DNA from: a phage
DNA: 48,431 nucleotides
Assembly: GCA_012646845.1 (NCBI GenBank)
Contig: GCA_012646845.1_4707.1
Reading direction: 5' to 3' (one strand)
Below, one piece after another: positions 36,242-48,263 of the stretch (within the stretch, counting starts at the first letter, position 1; every line of letters begins with the position of its first letter). The notes under the pieces are model-generated. The model saw only the letters and a list, made by a program, of their open reading frames with translations, ran no database searches and was not told the origin of the DNA. The translations under genes were made by a program, and so were the position numbers.

Positions 36242-36892
36242 TTATTCATGACGCATATCTTCCAAATCATCCCTTTGTTTTGTAAATTCTGATTGCTTGC
36301 GATAAACCGTCCACGAATCGTATATGCCGTGAAAGTTCAAATGACGTGCATTTAAGTTAACGGTGAATTCTTCCACAGAGGAGAAATCCGAACGAAGCAT
36401 CGAATGGAAGGCGTCATCTCCGGTGCAGCCCCCGTATCCCTCACCCTGATAGATCAAAAGCTGATGTGGTTGAATACGCGCGGCAACCAACGCAGCTTGT
36501 GGTTTGTCGTAAGGTGGCCACGACAGTAAAATAACATCGTACTGTGAAAGATCGATGTTCGTATAGTCGACCTGTTGAATGTCCTCGATAAACGGGTGGG
36601 GATGTAATTCCATATCGTAAGCGGTAATGTCCTCAACACCGAGTTTACGCAGGACGTAAGTCAGGTAACCTGTCCCACAACCCAAGTCAGCGACGCGTCG
36701 CCCGTAACAGATGTTCGCTAACTGGAGCGCGGTATCCATGGTTAACAACGACCAACCAATGTGTTGTGTATATTCTTCACGCACACTCCATTGTTGATGG
36801 TACGTCATGGGTTCTATGATACTAGCAAGCTGCTGGTACGGCAGCGGCATTTTGGTTTCGCCTTGCGTGAGTAAAGCAATAACATCGTTCAT
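36242..36892 (-). CDS. class I SAM-dependent amino-methyltransferase (motif I DLGCGTG, motif IV SWPPY); possible DNA N6-A/N4-C methyltransferase
   Basis: VADLGCGTGYLT and ILLSWPPYD; AAGGAAACAAA SD before ATG 36892. Confidence 0.65.
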   Translation of the reverse strand: MNDVIALLTQGETKMPLPYQQLASIIEPMTYHQQWSVREEYTQHIGWSLLTMDTALQLANICYGRRVADLGCGTGYLTYVLRKLGVEDITAYDMELHPHPFIEDIQQVDYTNIDLSQYDVILLSWPPYDKPQAALVAARIQPHQLLIYQGEGYGGCTGDDAFHSMLRSDFSSVEEFTVNLNARHLNFHGIYDSWTVYRKQSEFTKQRDDLEDMRHE

Positions 36893-36916
36893 TTTGTTTC
36901 CTTTTATCGGCATAAG

Positions 36917-36935
36917 CCCTCCCATGTTGGGAGGG
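36917..36935 (-). terminator. hairpin CCCTCCC-ATGTT-GGGAGGG
   Basis: perfect 7-bp inverted repeat just downstream of 36941..37366 and upstream of methyltransferase RBS. Confidence 0.4.
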
Positions 36936-36940
36936 TACGA

Positions 36941-37366
36941 TTATTCATTTTCAATAACTTTAAGATTCGGTGTACCGAGCGTTTTCTTCACCAACGCCTC
37001 AGCAACGCGTTTCTCGATGAAATCGGTCGCATTGCTTCCGTCTATCGTACGCATATCACCACGGAAATTGTTGAAGACCATAAACAGGTCACAACCGTCG
37101 ATAGGTATCGCAAGATCATAACTGACTTGTGATGCCGTGAAATGGACACCGACGATAACGGCTGGGACGAAGATAGCTGTTGCATTGTTTCCTTCTCCGG
37201 TTCCAAATGGAAGTTCAACACGATCACCGATAGAGAATTGAGTGACATCATTAATCGCGTGAGTTAGTGCGATTCGTTGCATGTCGGCGATCTTTTCCTT
37301 ATTCGCGTCGCAAGGTAGGTCCAAGACTTCTTCCAACGTGAAGAATTTACGATCGAACCAGCTCAT
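36941..37366 (-). CDS. hypothetical protein
   Basis: ORF track; AAGGAG SD. Confidence 0.55.
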   Translation of the reverse strand: MSWFDRKFFTLEEVLDLPCDANKEKIADMQRIALTHAINDVTQFSIGDRVELPFGTGEGNNATAIFVPAVIVGVHFTASQVSYDLAIPIDGCDLFMVFNNFRGDMRTIDGSNATDFIEKRVAEALVKKTLGTPNLKVIENE

Positions 37367-37367
37367 G

Positions 37368-37901
37368 TTAAGCTCCTTCGTGTTTTACGGATGATGTTAA
37401 CCAAGATGATCTTACCGTGAAACCCTCAGACTCGTAGAACGCCTGGGCTTCATCATTGTCGGCACGAACATCCAGACCGATAGAATGACCACCACACTGG
37501 TAAGCGATGTTGCGCGCTTCATTCATCAGGGCATGGCCGATACCGCGTCCGCGATATTCGGGTTTTACAATAATCGATGTAACGTCATGAATACCCATAT
37601 GGCTCTCGGTGCTCACTTCCAAGAGGCCTACCGGCGTCGAAACGATAGCGTCGATCATAACGACCAGCATCGCGGCGTCCGGTAAACGCTGTTCTAATTC
37701 TAAGGAATCATATTCACGTTTTAAATCGGGAATATTCCCAAACATAAACGTGGTGCCCCACGCCTCCGATTCCGCATCATCGAGAATACGGTACAGTTCA
37801 CGAATCTGCTGTTTGTGTGGGTAAAGATGTGGATCAGCGACCGTCGAGGTGCTAACGCAAAAGAACGGTCGTTCGTTAATAACCAGTGTTTTGATGCTCA
37901 T
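37368..37901 (-). CDS. GNAT-family N-acetyltransferase
   Basis: motif A IVKPEYRGRGIGHALM and C-terminal EAQAFYESEGF; start overlaps stop of upstream HTH gene (ATGA). Confidence 0.8.
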   Translation of the reverse strand: MSIKTLVINERPFFCVSTSTVADPHLYPHKQQIRELYRILDDAESEAWGTTFMFGNIPDLKREYDSLELEQRLPDAAMLVVMIDAIVSTPVGLLEVSTESHMGIHDVTSIIVKPEYRGRGIGHALMNEARNIAYQCGGHSIGLDVRADNDEAQAFYESEGFTVRSSWLTSSVKHEGA

Positions 37902-38404
37902 GCTAAAATTCCTTCATTACCTAACAGTCGATTACGATGACGTCGGTACATTTGACAAAGTGTTGTGATTTGATAAAGTTTGTTGTAACGTACCTCGATA
38001 CGTTTTTGCACCTCTTTCCACGGAAGTTTATCGTATTGCCGATAACGATGGATTTCATTCAACATCCGAAGACGTGTAGGATCGGTATTCTTTATTGTTA
38101 CGAGCTTCACGCGCTGGTATCCGCGCTGCAACCCCGATTCCGAATACGTAATGCCGAACTCATCCTGAATGATAGTAATGATCTCCCGCCATCGGCGCTT
38201 CTCGCCGTCACGTAAATGGACAACCCGCGATAAGATATCGTTCCGATTACGATGACTCAGTTTAATGTTAAGCATTGAAGCAATCGCGCTAATTGCTCTC
38301 TGACTCCGCCCTAACGCCTCACCGATCTCTTTCGATGTCATGACGCCAGCGTTTCGACGTATGAATGCGATTTCGGTTGTTGTGTATTCTTTACCTGCCG
38401 CCAT
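37898..38404 (-). CDS. HTH-domain paralogue F (tandem array of six)
   Basis: TTEIAFIRRNAGVMTSKEIGEALGRSQRAISAI and repeated W...FGIT...LYQ motifs; translationally coupled to GNAT. Confidence 0.65.
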   Translation of the reverse strand: MAAGKEYTTTEIAFIRRNAGVMTSKEIGEALGRSQRAISAIASMLNIKLSHRNRNDILSRVVHLRDGEKRRWREIITIIQDEFGITYSESGLQRGYQRVKLVTIKNTDPTRLRMLNEIHRYRQYDKLPWKEVQKRIEVRYNKLYQITTLCQMYRRHRNRLLGNEGILA

Positions 38405-38868
38405 TTCTTACCACGCGTGTTATAATAGTAACGTTGACAAAGATGTGTGTGATGGTACTCCCGTTTGAACTCGACATTGATAATGCGAGCAACTTCTCTC
38501 CAGCTAACCCCTTCATGTCGCAGTGACGTGATGCGGTCTGAAATTTTGCACCATTCATCTGGGTCGTATCGTCGTAGCTTATGGCGTCGTATTACGGAGG
38601 CGACACTCGCTCTCGATCGACCAAGATGATTTGACAGTTGTTTAACCGAGTATCTGTGGATATTGTCGCGAATATAGGAAATCTCGTTGTTCGTATATGC
38701 CTCATTGGTTCTTGACGAAGGGAACAGCATATACAACTTATTCTTAATCGCGCTTTCTGTGCGTTGAAATACAGTAGCCAAATCACTAACCGGTGGTCTG
38801 GGTATCTGATCCGCGTAACTCTCGAGGCGTGAGAGTTCCTCATCTGTCCAGCGACGGTATTTGCGCAT
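38338..38868 (-). CDS. HTH-domain paralogue E
   Basis: RRWTDEELSRL..., ...LGRSRASVASVIRR; start set to ATG 38868 with AAAGGAG SD. Confidence 0.65.
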   Translation of the reverse strand: MRKYRRWTDEELSRLESYADQIPRPPVSDLATVFQRTESAIKNKLYMLFPSSRTNEAYTNNEISYIRDNIHRYSVKQLSNHLGRSRASVASVIRRHKLRRYDPDEWCKISDRITSLRHEGVSWREVARIINVEFKREYHHTHLCQRYYYNTRGKKWRQVKNTQQPKSHSYVETLAS

Positions 38869-39343
38869 AGGCAACTCCTTTGTTTTTCGTGTAGTAACAC
38901 CAACGTTGATACAACGCATGTTTATTCGTTGTAATCCCAAATTTAACAACAACGTCGTATGTGATAACATTCCAATTTTGGGTAACGTTAAGTCGTTCCG
39001 CGATAAACGCGATAATTGCTTCCCGTTCTTGCTTTGTTAACGCACGACGAATTCCATTAAGCCGTATAAACTGACGAACCGAGTCATACGAGCGGTTTAA
39101 ATCGTACGCGATCTCACGCAGCGATTTTTGTTTGATTACGGACTTGATGTACGCGCGTTCTTCTTCCGTATAAGGTCGATGCTTTTGGCGTTGACGTATT
39201 CCCAAACGTCCCAGACGCGCGTCGATGCTGGCGCGTGTTCGTCCTGTCCGTTGTGCGATTTCATCAATCGTCATCGATGTGTTTAAGTACAGATGCGTGA
39301 CGTCTTTCAGCTCGTCGTCACGCCACGGTTGAGATCGTCCCAT
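38840..39343 (-). CDS. HTH-domain paralogue D
   Basis: WRDDELKDVTHLY...IDEIAQRTGRTRASIDARL; AGAGGGA SD. Confidence 0.7.
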   Translation of the reverse strand: MGRSQPWRDDELKDVTHLYLNTSMTIDEIAQRTGRTRASIDARLGRLGIRQRQKHRPYTEEERAYIKSVIKQKSLREIAYDLNRSYDSVRQFIRLNGIRRALTKQEREAIIAFIAERLNVTQNWNVITYDVVVKFGITTNKHALYQRWCYYTKNKGVAYAQIPSLDR

Positions 39344-39821
39344 CTTGTATCCCTCTTTTCTTTCTATGATGCCACCAACGCTGATAGACAGCCTGCTTCG
39401 TACGTGTTATACCGAAATGCGCATTAACCCGTTCAGCAATGTGGTGCCAGTCCTGTGTTTCTTCTAACAATGTATCAACGAAGGCTATGAAGATCTTAGT
39501 ATCATCCTCGCTTAACCGCTTGAAACCATGACGGTGTGCTATCGTTCTAATACTGTTTGGATCCCTGTTTAAATCGCGTGCGAGTTGTTTGTAACTTTTG
39601 TGTTTGCAGTGTGCTCTGATATATTCCAACTCATCGACACTGAAACGTTTATGCGGTTTACGACGTTCAACATTTAAGTATATCAACCTCGATTTAATTG
39701 CACCGTACGTTGTTTCCATGATTTCTGCGATTTCACGGATTTTTAATTTCGGGTGACGATAGTACAATTCCAGCAACTGTTCATCATCCTTACGATTCCA
39801 TCGTCGTATTGGAGGTTTCAC
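39318..39821 (-). CDS. HTH-domain paralogue C (GTG start)
   Basis: RRWNRKDDEQLLELY...IREIAEIMETTYGAIKSRL; AGGAGAAA SD before GTG. Confidence 0.65.
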   Translation of the reverse strand: MKPPIRRWNRKDDEQLLELYYRHPKLKIREIAEIMETTYGAIKSRLIYLNVERRKPHKRFSVDELEYIRAHCKHKSYKQLARDLNRDPNSIRTIAHRHGFKRLSEDDTKIFIAFVDTLLEETQDWHHIAERVNAHFGITRTKQAVYQRWWHHRKKRGIQDGTISTVA

Positions 39822-39834
39822 AACGAGATTTCTC

Positions 39835-40302
39835 CTATTCTGCGCGTTTTAATGCTTGAGTGTAGTAGAGGCTATGAACACCGCTTAACGTGTAATGGGT
39901 GTTAAATTCGTTATTGATGATATTCCGTATTCTCTCCCAGGTGTTATTCTCTTTTCTAAGGGTGTGTATTCGATAATAAATCATCTCTCGACGTTGCGCT
40001 TTGCATGCAACAATACCATAACGGTAGCAGAGTTTAGCGATTGCATCCACGCTACGATTGAACATCACTGCAGCTTCTTTTACGCTATGTGTCTTGAGAT
40101 AATCGGCTAACATCACGCGTTCTTCGAAGCAACAATAGCGATGACGCGACATGAGTTTCCAGCGCTTGCGATTACGGTTAATTCGACCTTGAACCGAACC
40201 TTCTGTTCGACCAAGCCGTTCCGCAATCTCTTGCATCGGTATACCGTTTCGGTACAGGGTAATCAACATCGCATCTTCTTCGGGTGTCCAGTCCTTGACC
40301 AT
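39835..40302 (-). CDS. HTH-domain paralogue B
   Basis: WTPEEDAMLITLYRNGIPMQEIAERLGRTEGSVQGRINR. Confidence 0.7.
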   Translation of the reverse strand: MVKDWTPEEDAMLITLYRNGIPMQEIAERLGRTEGSVQGRINRNRKRWKLMSRHRYCCFEERVMLADYLKTHSVKEAAVMFNRSVDAIAKLCYRYGIVACKAQRREMIYYRIHTLRKENNTWERIRNIINNEFNTHYTLSGVHSLYYTQALKRAE

Positions 40303-40314
40303 AGTACCACCCCA

Positions 40315-42978
<2,664 letters not shown>

Positions 42979-43086
42979 GTTGTCGTTTCCTCCATACGAA
43001 ACCAAAAAATTGTCAAAATGTACATCGGCATAACGCCCGTGCCCACCCGCGATGGGAGGGACACAGGCAATACGCTTTTTATTTCT

Positions 43087-43695
43087 TCAAGACTTCACAA
43101 CACATTCGACTTCGTCGTTCATATAGGCTTCGTATAAAGACAGCACTTCCTTCATTTTAATTTCAGGTAGCGCGACGGAACGAATCGCTTTCAGGATATT
43201 CCGTGTTTGATGGTGTTTAACCTTCGCTTCACGCAGTTTACAGAATTGACGGATACAGGTATTAACTTTACCGCCTTCCGCACGTTCGAGGGCGACATGC
43301 AGTTTCAGATCCAGTAATACTTCCGTGAGTTCCTGGGTGGCAGGATCGTTACGAATAAGCCGCACTGTACGTTCATCCGGATTCAGCATCTCGAGGAACT
43401 GAAGTTTGATCTGTTCAGGTACGGGTTTCGTGTTCATCATGATGGCATCAAGCTGTTCCTTAACACCCGGCTCATTAAACACGTAACGTTCGATGTTTAC
43501 GACGTGTGCTTTTCCTGACTCACCATAAACCGCCATCGCACGATAGTCATCAAACAGCACAGCATACAACAAATCCTGTTCCGGTCCGATGGTACCATCG
43601 ATGAGCTTCGGTGCATGCTTCTTCAGGAAGCCGTAGCGAATCGCCTCATCCGGCATGAGCGTCCACGCATTAACGGGTTGTTTTACGAGTTCCAT
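43087..43695 (-). CDS. hypothetical protein
   Basis: ORF track; GAGGTG SD before ATG 43695. Confidence 0.55.
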   Translation of the reverse strand: MELVKQPVNAWTLMPDEAIRYGFLKKHAPKLIDGTIGPEQDLLYAVLFDDYRAMAVYGESGKAHVVNIERYVFNEPGVKEQLDAIMMNTKPVPEQIKLQFLEMLNPDERTVRLIRNDPATQELTEVLLDLKLHVALERAEGGKVNTCIRQFCKLREAKVKHHQTRNILKAIRSVALPEIKMKEVLSLYEAYMNDEVECVVKS

Positions 43696-43963
43696 GTAAC
43701 ACCTCATCAAGATTATCACTTACACCTGGCGGTACCACGATACCGGTACGAATCACAGCAGCAACTTCCTGCATGCCTTTACCCTTCAACGCATAGGTTT
43801 CATATACCGTATTACGTCGCGTCGTTAATCCAACAAATTTACATACAACCATGTTGTTTTCTGAAAGGTAGGCGGTGTCGAGTTCACCGTGCAACAATTC
43901 TTTTTCTTTGGTATCAATGCCTAATAACGCAATTTGATAAGCAGAAAGTTTCCAATAACGCAT
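43670..43963 (-). CDS. hypothetical protein
   Basis: ORF track; overlaps neighbour by ~26 nt. Confidence 0.4.
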   Translation of the reverse strand: MRYWKLSAYQIALLGIDTKEKELLHGELDTAYLSENNMVVCKFVGLTTRRNTVYETYALKGKGMQEVAAVIRTGIVVPPGVSDNLDEVLHGTRKTTR

Positions 43964-43979
43964 GTTATCACCCAAACTG

Positions 43980-44396
43980 TTAAGAAGCATCCTGTTTAAT
44001 GTTGATGACTATTTCCGTTCGAACCGGATTGGTCAGTACGGCCTGCATGCGTTCAAGCATCATTGGGTTATCCGTAACCACCACATCGGCGTAACACAAC
44101 GGATGGCTTTCGAACGCTTCGGTGTCACTTACTAACAGAACACCCATCACATTTACGTATTGCGGTATGCGACCACGAATGCGTTGCCACATGTCTTGAG
44201 TAAGGTCCTCGCTTTCTAATGCGACCACGACAACAGGACTGATATTTACCGGGAAACGCGGATGCACAGTGCGGCGAAACGTTACCCAGTTTTCGACGTG
44301 GGATAATGCAAGTTCAAGAGAACAGCATTTTGGAGAAATCTGTATGTTTATTTGCTGAATCAATGAAAGGGGGTTTTGTACAGTCTCTTCAGCCAT
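43980..44396 (-). CDS. hypothetical protein
   Basis: ORF track; ATG directly follows upstream stop. Confidence 0.55.
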   Translation of the reverse strand: MAEETVQNPLSLIQQINIQISPKCCSLELALSHVENWVTFRRTVHPRFPVNISPVVVVALESEDLTQDMWQRIRGRIPQYVNVMGVLLVSDTEAFESHPLCYADVVVTDNPMMLERMQAVLTNPVRTEIVINIKQDAS

Positions 44397-45374
44397 TTAC
44401 TTTTTCCTGAAAATCAATGTCGGTAAGCCGTTTCTTACAGCATAATACAACACTAAGAGGTTAATCTTGCCTGCGGATACCGTAAGCATTTTACGACGAC
44501 GCGGTAAACTAACCGGTACGGTAGATGCCATCGTCGCACTGTTCTTGAACGTTTGGGAATAACGTCGCAGCGACGCTTCACCTAACAATGGAAGGAAAAG
44601 ATCCTCGGTAAGAATATCGTCGCAGATATACGTAATCGCAAGTAACGGTGGATTCCACTCGTTCAGGAACTCGAAAATCTCGTTTGCGATACCCAGCGCA
44701 TTATTAGGAAGCGGAACCTCACGAACGTATTTCTGATTACCTTTATCCAACAGGATTCTTGACATGCAGTAATCGTGGATTATACCCGCGATGTCATCCG
44801 CTGTCTCAGCATTCTGCATCAATGCTTGTGCTTCTTCCCAAGCCAGCTGACGTTTTGTTTCGTAATAGGTTGGTTTCAAAACCGCGTAGAAATCATGGAT
44901 TAAGCGACCAACGTCACCACGGGTTTTCTCAGCCAGCGCGATTGCGTACGCTTTCTTCTCCGCATCCGTTAAGATCTGATTACGCCACAGTTCATATTCG
45001 TCTAACAGCTCGGTGTATTTGGCGGTCCAGTCAGAGGAAAGATAATAACCGATGCTATCAATCAACGCCTTCGTTAAAACACCCAGACGTTCGCGTCTTG
45101 GATCGACCGACGGCTCATAGACGAAAGGTAGCTTCGGTTTTTCAAAGCCGCTGGCTACGACGGTATCTGAAAAAGCGTTCGCGAAAACACCCATCGGTTT
45201 CCATGACGTGAGGAGATCCTGATACAGCATCGGATGAACGTTATTAATCGCTGTGAATTTATCGTCGAAAAGACTCACGCTTGGATGTTCGGCATTCGCA
45301 AGTTCAAAATAAATTATTTCGAGCAACGCCTTTACCGCATCGCGTGTCTTATCGATTGGGCCAACAGAAGCCAT
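44397..45374 (-). CDS. hypothetical protein
   Basis: ORF track; GAGGATAA SD. Confidence 0.6.
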   Translation of the reverse strand: MASVGPIDKTRDAVKALLEIIYFELANAEHPSVSLFDDKFTAINNVHPMLYQDLLTSWKPMGVFANAFSDTVVASGFEKPKLPFVYEPSVDPRRERLGVLTKALIDSIGYYLSSDWTAKYTELLDEYELWRNQILTDAEKKAYAIALAEKTRGDVGRLIHDFYAVLKPTYYETKRQLAWEEAQALMQNAETADDIAGIIHDYCMSRILLDKGNQKYVREVPLPNNALGIANEIFEFLNEWNPPLLAITYICDDILTEDLFLPLLGEASLRRYSQTFKNSATMASTVPVSLPRRRKMLTVSAGKINLLVLYYAVRNGLPTLIFRKK

Positions 45375-45388
45375 GTAAATTATCCTCG

Positions 45389-45655
45389 TTAAAAAGTACC
45401 CATGATCGATAGGGCAATATGGTCTTTATTCGCACGCGCTTGTAACGACATATCGAGACCGCTTTTCTTAATATGCCAGCGTGCCACCAGTTCCGGTTGG
45501 TCAACGGAATACAACCCTTCTCGATGTTGATTCAACCATTTAGCAATCGGATGCAATTTATCGGGATTGACCACACCCAATTCCAAGCCGCCAGGTGTTA
45601 ATGGTTTAGAATAAAAGTCAAGTGCGTTCCGTAAAAAGTCATCCTCGATGTTCAT
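45389..45655 (-). CDS. hypothetical protein
   Basis: ORF track. Confidence 0.5.
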   Translation of the reverse strand: MNIEDDFLRNALDFYSKPLTPGGLELGVVNPDKLHPIAKWLNQHREGLYSVDQPELVARWHIKKSGLDMSLQARANKDHIALSIMGTF

Positions 45656-45768
45656 CGTAGCATACCTACCATGCCAATTACAGCAAACAGTACGCCGACG
45701 GCGCTATACGCAAGCAGCGCTTTAGCAACCCAAGATTTTATTTCCGTAAGCTCGTCATTATTTACCAT
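45652..45768 (-). CDS. very small hydrophobic protein (38 aa), not in ORF track
   Basis: ATG with GGGGTGAG SD; MVNNDELTEIKSWVAKALLAYSAVGVLFAVIGMVGMLR; stop overlaps next start (ATGA). Confidence 0.3.
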   Translation of the reverse strand: MVNNDELTEIKSWVAKALLAYSAVGVLFAVIGMVGMLR

Positions 45769-45844
45769 ATCTCACCCCGTTATGTTATTGTCTGATCTCA
45801 TACCTTTACCTAAGCGTATCCCCGCCATTAAGACGGGGTGCTTA

Positions 45845-46219
45845 TCACCAGAGACGATTACCTTCCTCGTCCCACCAAGCAATCGCTTGTGTCGACCCAA
45901 ATGCGTTAGGGCGTAATGCCATGCCCTTACGGTCAACGATTAACCGCAACTCAGTACCGAACCATTCAATCGAGATAAACAAACCCTTCCGAATGATTGC
46001 TTGATAACCTGATAGCCGTTCAAAGAGTCGTTGAAAAATCTCATCGTGTTCACACGACGTTAACGCTTCCGAATAGCGCTGCATCGATCTTGCATCAACA
46101 GGTAAACGTGTTCTACAGTTCCACCATAACACAGCGTACATCAATGCAGCATTACGTAATCGTAACGATTGAACCGGCGTTAATTGTCGTCCTTCAACAT
46201 CGTCGATAATAACGTACAT
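45845..46219 (-). CDS. hypothetical protein
   Basis: ORF track. Confidence 0.5.
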   Translation of the reverse strand: MYVIIDDVEGRQLTPVQSLRLRNAALMYAVLWWNCRTRLPVDARSMQRYSEALTSCEHDEIFQRLFERLSGYQAIIRKGLFISIEWFGTELRLIVDRKGMALRPNAFGSTQAIAWWDEEGNRLW

Positions 46220-46225
46220 TGCGTC

Positions 46226-46480
46226 TTATTCCGCACTTGTTTCCTTAACATGAACACATTCCGCATCGATAGTCACGCCGGTAGAACGATGGGTCTCGTT
46301 GGGAGAATCAAATCCGCCATTGAACAGCATCGCGAACGTGTTATTATCCATACGAGCAAAGGTCTCCGCAATACGATCGGGATGAAAATCGGTGCGGTTG
46401 ATGGTCGATTTCACAAAAACTCCTATAAACAATTTAATTATTGGTATTAAGATTAAAGCAGGATCTGCGGACAACAGCAT
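46226..46480 (-). CDS. hypothetical protein (start uncertain)
   Basis: ORF track; overlaps upstream gene end. Confidence 0.35.
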   Translation of the reverse strand: MLLSADPALILIPIIKLFIGVFVKSTINRTDFHPDRIAETFARMDNNTFAMLFNGGFDSPNETHRSTGVTIDAECVHVKETSAE

Positions 46481-46938
46481 GATTCGTAACCACCTTCATG
46501 TGGTAGCGTATTGCTGGTGTCAGGCCAGACAAGCTGAATGCCCGCAACTTTTTTACCATATCGAGCGAAAGCCGATATCGCATACACTTCATTGAAGGAT
46601 TCAATATCTTCAATTTCGCGTACGTCAAGACGTAACGTTTCGCCCGTACCTTTCAAAGTCAGATTGCCATCGAACGCGCCTAACGGGATGGTCTTTGCCT
46701 TCACCATGAAGTTACCCAGCTTATTGATTGCTGAACCGAGGGCAGGGCAGTAACCGGATACGAAAATTTCTGGCATTCCATGTTCGGTTAGACCAACAGT
46801 ATACATAAAGCCAGGCTCGTCGCTTCCCTCATCAGGAGCGACACTGATAATAGCCCATTGCTTTTTCTCGATATATTCTTCGATAAAATCGTCCAGTTTT
46901 GAAAAATTGTTTTCATTAAGTTTGACTGTGTTACTCAT
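46453..46938 (-). CDS. hypothetical protein, DUF4262-like
   Basis: FMYTVGLTEHGMPEIFVSG pattern recalled for DUF4262; AAAGGATAAAG SD. Confidence 0.5.
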   Translation of the reverse strand: MSNTVKLNENNFSKLDDFIEEYIEKKQWAIISVAPDEGSDEPGFMYTVGLTEHGMPEIFVSGYCPALGSAINKLGNFMVKAKTIPLGAFDGNLTLKGTGETLRLDVREIEDIESFNEVYAISAFARYGKKVAGIQLVWPDTSNTLPHEGGYESCCCPQILL

Positions 46939-47212
46939 GTTCTTTATCCTTTAATGCGTTTTCTAACCAGCGGACATAACTTTCACGATAAACATGAATA
47001 TGTCTTTTACCGTCGCGAAAGTTGGGATCAATAAGATGAATCGCAGCGTGGGTTGAGGCAGCCGCATGCTGCAAATGTTTTCGTGTTAATCGTCCACGTT
47101 TTACCCAGCGTTGAATATACCGTGCATCTGCTGCGAGACAGGTACGTTCATCGATGAAAGGTACCAATACCTGAACGATGCTACCGTAATACACCATCGA
47201 ACTGTTGAACAT
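46931..47212 (-). CDS. hypothetical protein
   Basis: ORF track; GGAGACG SD. Confidence 0.5.
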   Translation of the reverse strand: MFNSSMVYYGSIVQVLVPFIDERTCLAADARYIQRWVKRGRLTRKHLQHAAASTHAAIHLIDPNFRDGKRHIHVYRESYVRWLENALKDKEHE

Positions 47213-47242
47213 CTGCGTCTCCGTGCAAATGGATGGGGCGGA

Positions 47243-47548
47243 TTAGTGAAGAATTACTGTTTGCGATCCGTTCTCGTATTCAGCAAGTAACTCGTCGTAC
47301 CGACGATCAACTGCCTTGATTGCATTATCAATCTCCGACATGTCTGATGCCGTAGATCGTTTCGCTTCCAATCGATATACTAACGCATCACGCATACCCT
47401 CGGCCGCAGCGAGTTCACAGGTTGCTTGATGTTTATTATCCGAAAAGACGAAGAACGGTTTGTTTTCTTCATCAGCCAAGAAGTAGTTACGAATCTCAAC
47501 CAACCTTTCATCTGGAACCAGGTTACAACTGTTTTCGTTCATTTTCAT
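47243..47548 (-). CDS. hypothetical protein
   Basis: ORF track. Confidence 0.5.
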   Translation of the reverse strand: MKMNENSCNLVPDERLVEIRNYFLADEENKPFFVFSDNKHQATCELAAAEGMRDALVYRLEAKRSTASDMSEIDNAIKAVDRRYDELLAEYENGSQTVILH

Positions 47549-47556
47549 CAGCTCTC

Positions 47557-47883
47557 TTAAAGTTTTAATGTATTGACGCCATTTATAAAGGCATTGATTT
47601 CATTGTCGATGTTACCAATTTGTTCGATAATCTTCTCCACCATCAATCGTGGTTTGTTGTAAGCGATGCTTACAGCATCAGGACCATTTCCATACATGCT
47701 TGCAACGTAAATTCGAAGTTCTTTTAAACGATCGAGCAACAACTGCGCGATTTCCAGAACTTCTTCTGTAGCGGTCTGTACGTTGCATTCGCGTAACTTG
47801 TGCTCTAACAGCGAAGTCGCAGCATCGAGCATGGATGTGTATTTACGATAGTTATAAATATCAATTATAGCTGTCTGATTCAT
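47557..47883 (-). CDS. hypothetical protein
   Basis: ORF track; ATG at 47883; no clear SD. Confidence 0.45.
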   Translation of the reverse strand: MNQTAIIDIYNYRKYTSMLDAATSLLEHKLRECNVQTATEEVLEIAQLLLDRLKELRIYVASMYGNGPDAVSIAYNKPRLMVEKIIEQIGNIDNEINAFINGVNTLKL

Positions 47884-47894
47884 ATACACGTTAT

Positions 47895-48263
47895 TTATTT
47901 ATCGGGGTCTGGAAAATAGTAAAATCGCCAATGCAACATAGAGATCGCATTTCTTATTTGATTCGCACGAACATTGCGTCCGAGAAAGGACTTGTAGCAA
48001 GAATCGCAATCCATAAACAACTCATGGCTCGATTTCATCAGAACCACGATGTCTCTTATATACGAATTGCAGTACTCGATAAACGGGTCTGTATCGTACG
48101 TATATTTCCTCGCACTACCTATCCCCAACTCTCTATTTAACTCACGACAATTTATCATGAGCTTCACATAACGGATAAGCCGAACGAAGTCACGTAAATT
48201 ACGATTAAACCAATATCGATACCAAAATGACTGTATACTCCGAACAGTTCTATTTAACTTCAT
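47895..48263 (-). CDS. hypothetical protein
   Basis: ORF track coordinates used; displayed sequence appears to carry one extra base near 48240. Confidence 0.5.
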   Translation of the reverse strand: MKLNRTVRSIQSFWYRYWFNRNLRDFVRLIRYVKLMINCRELNRELGIGSARKYTYDTDPFIEYCNSYIRDIVVLMKSSHELFMDCDSCYKSFLGRNVRANQIRNAISMLHWRFYYFPDPDK

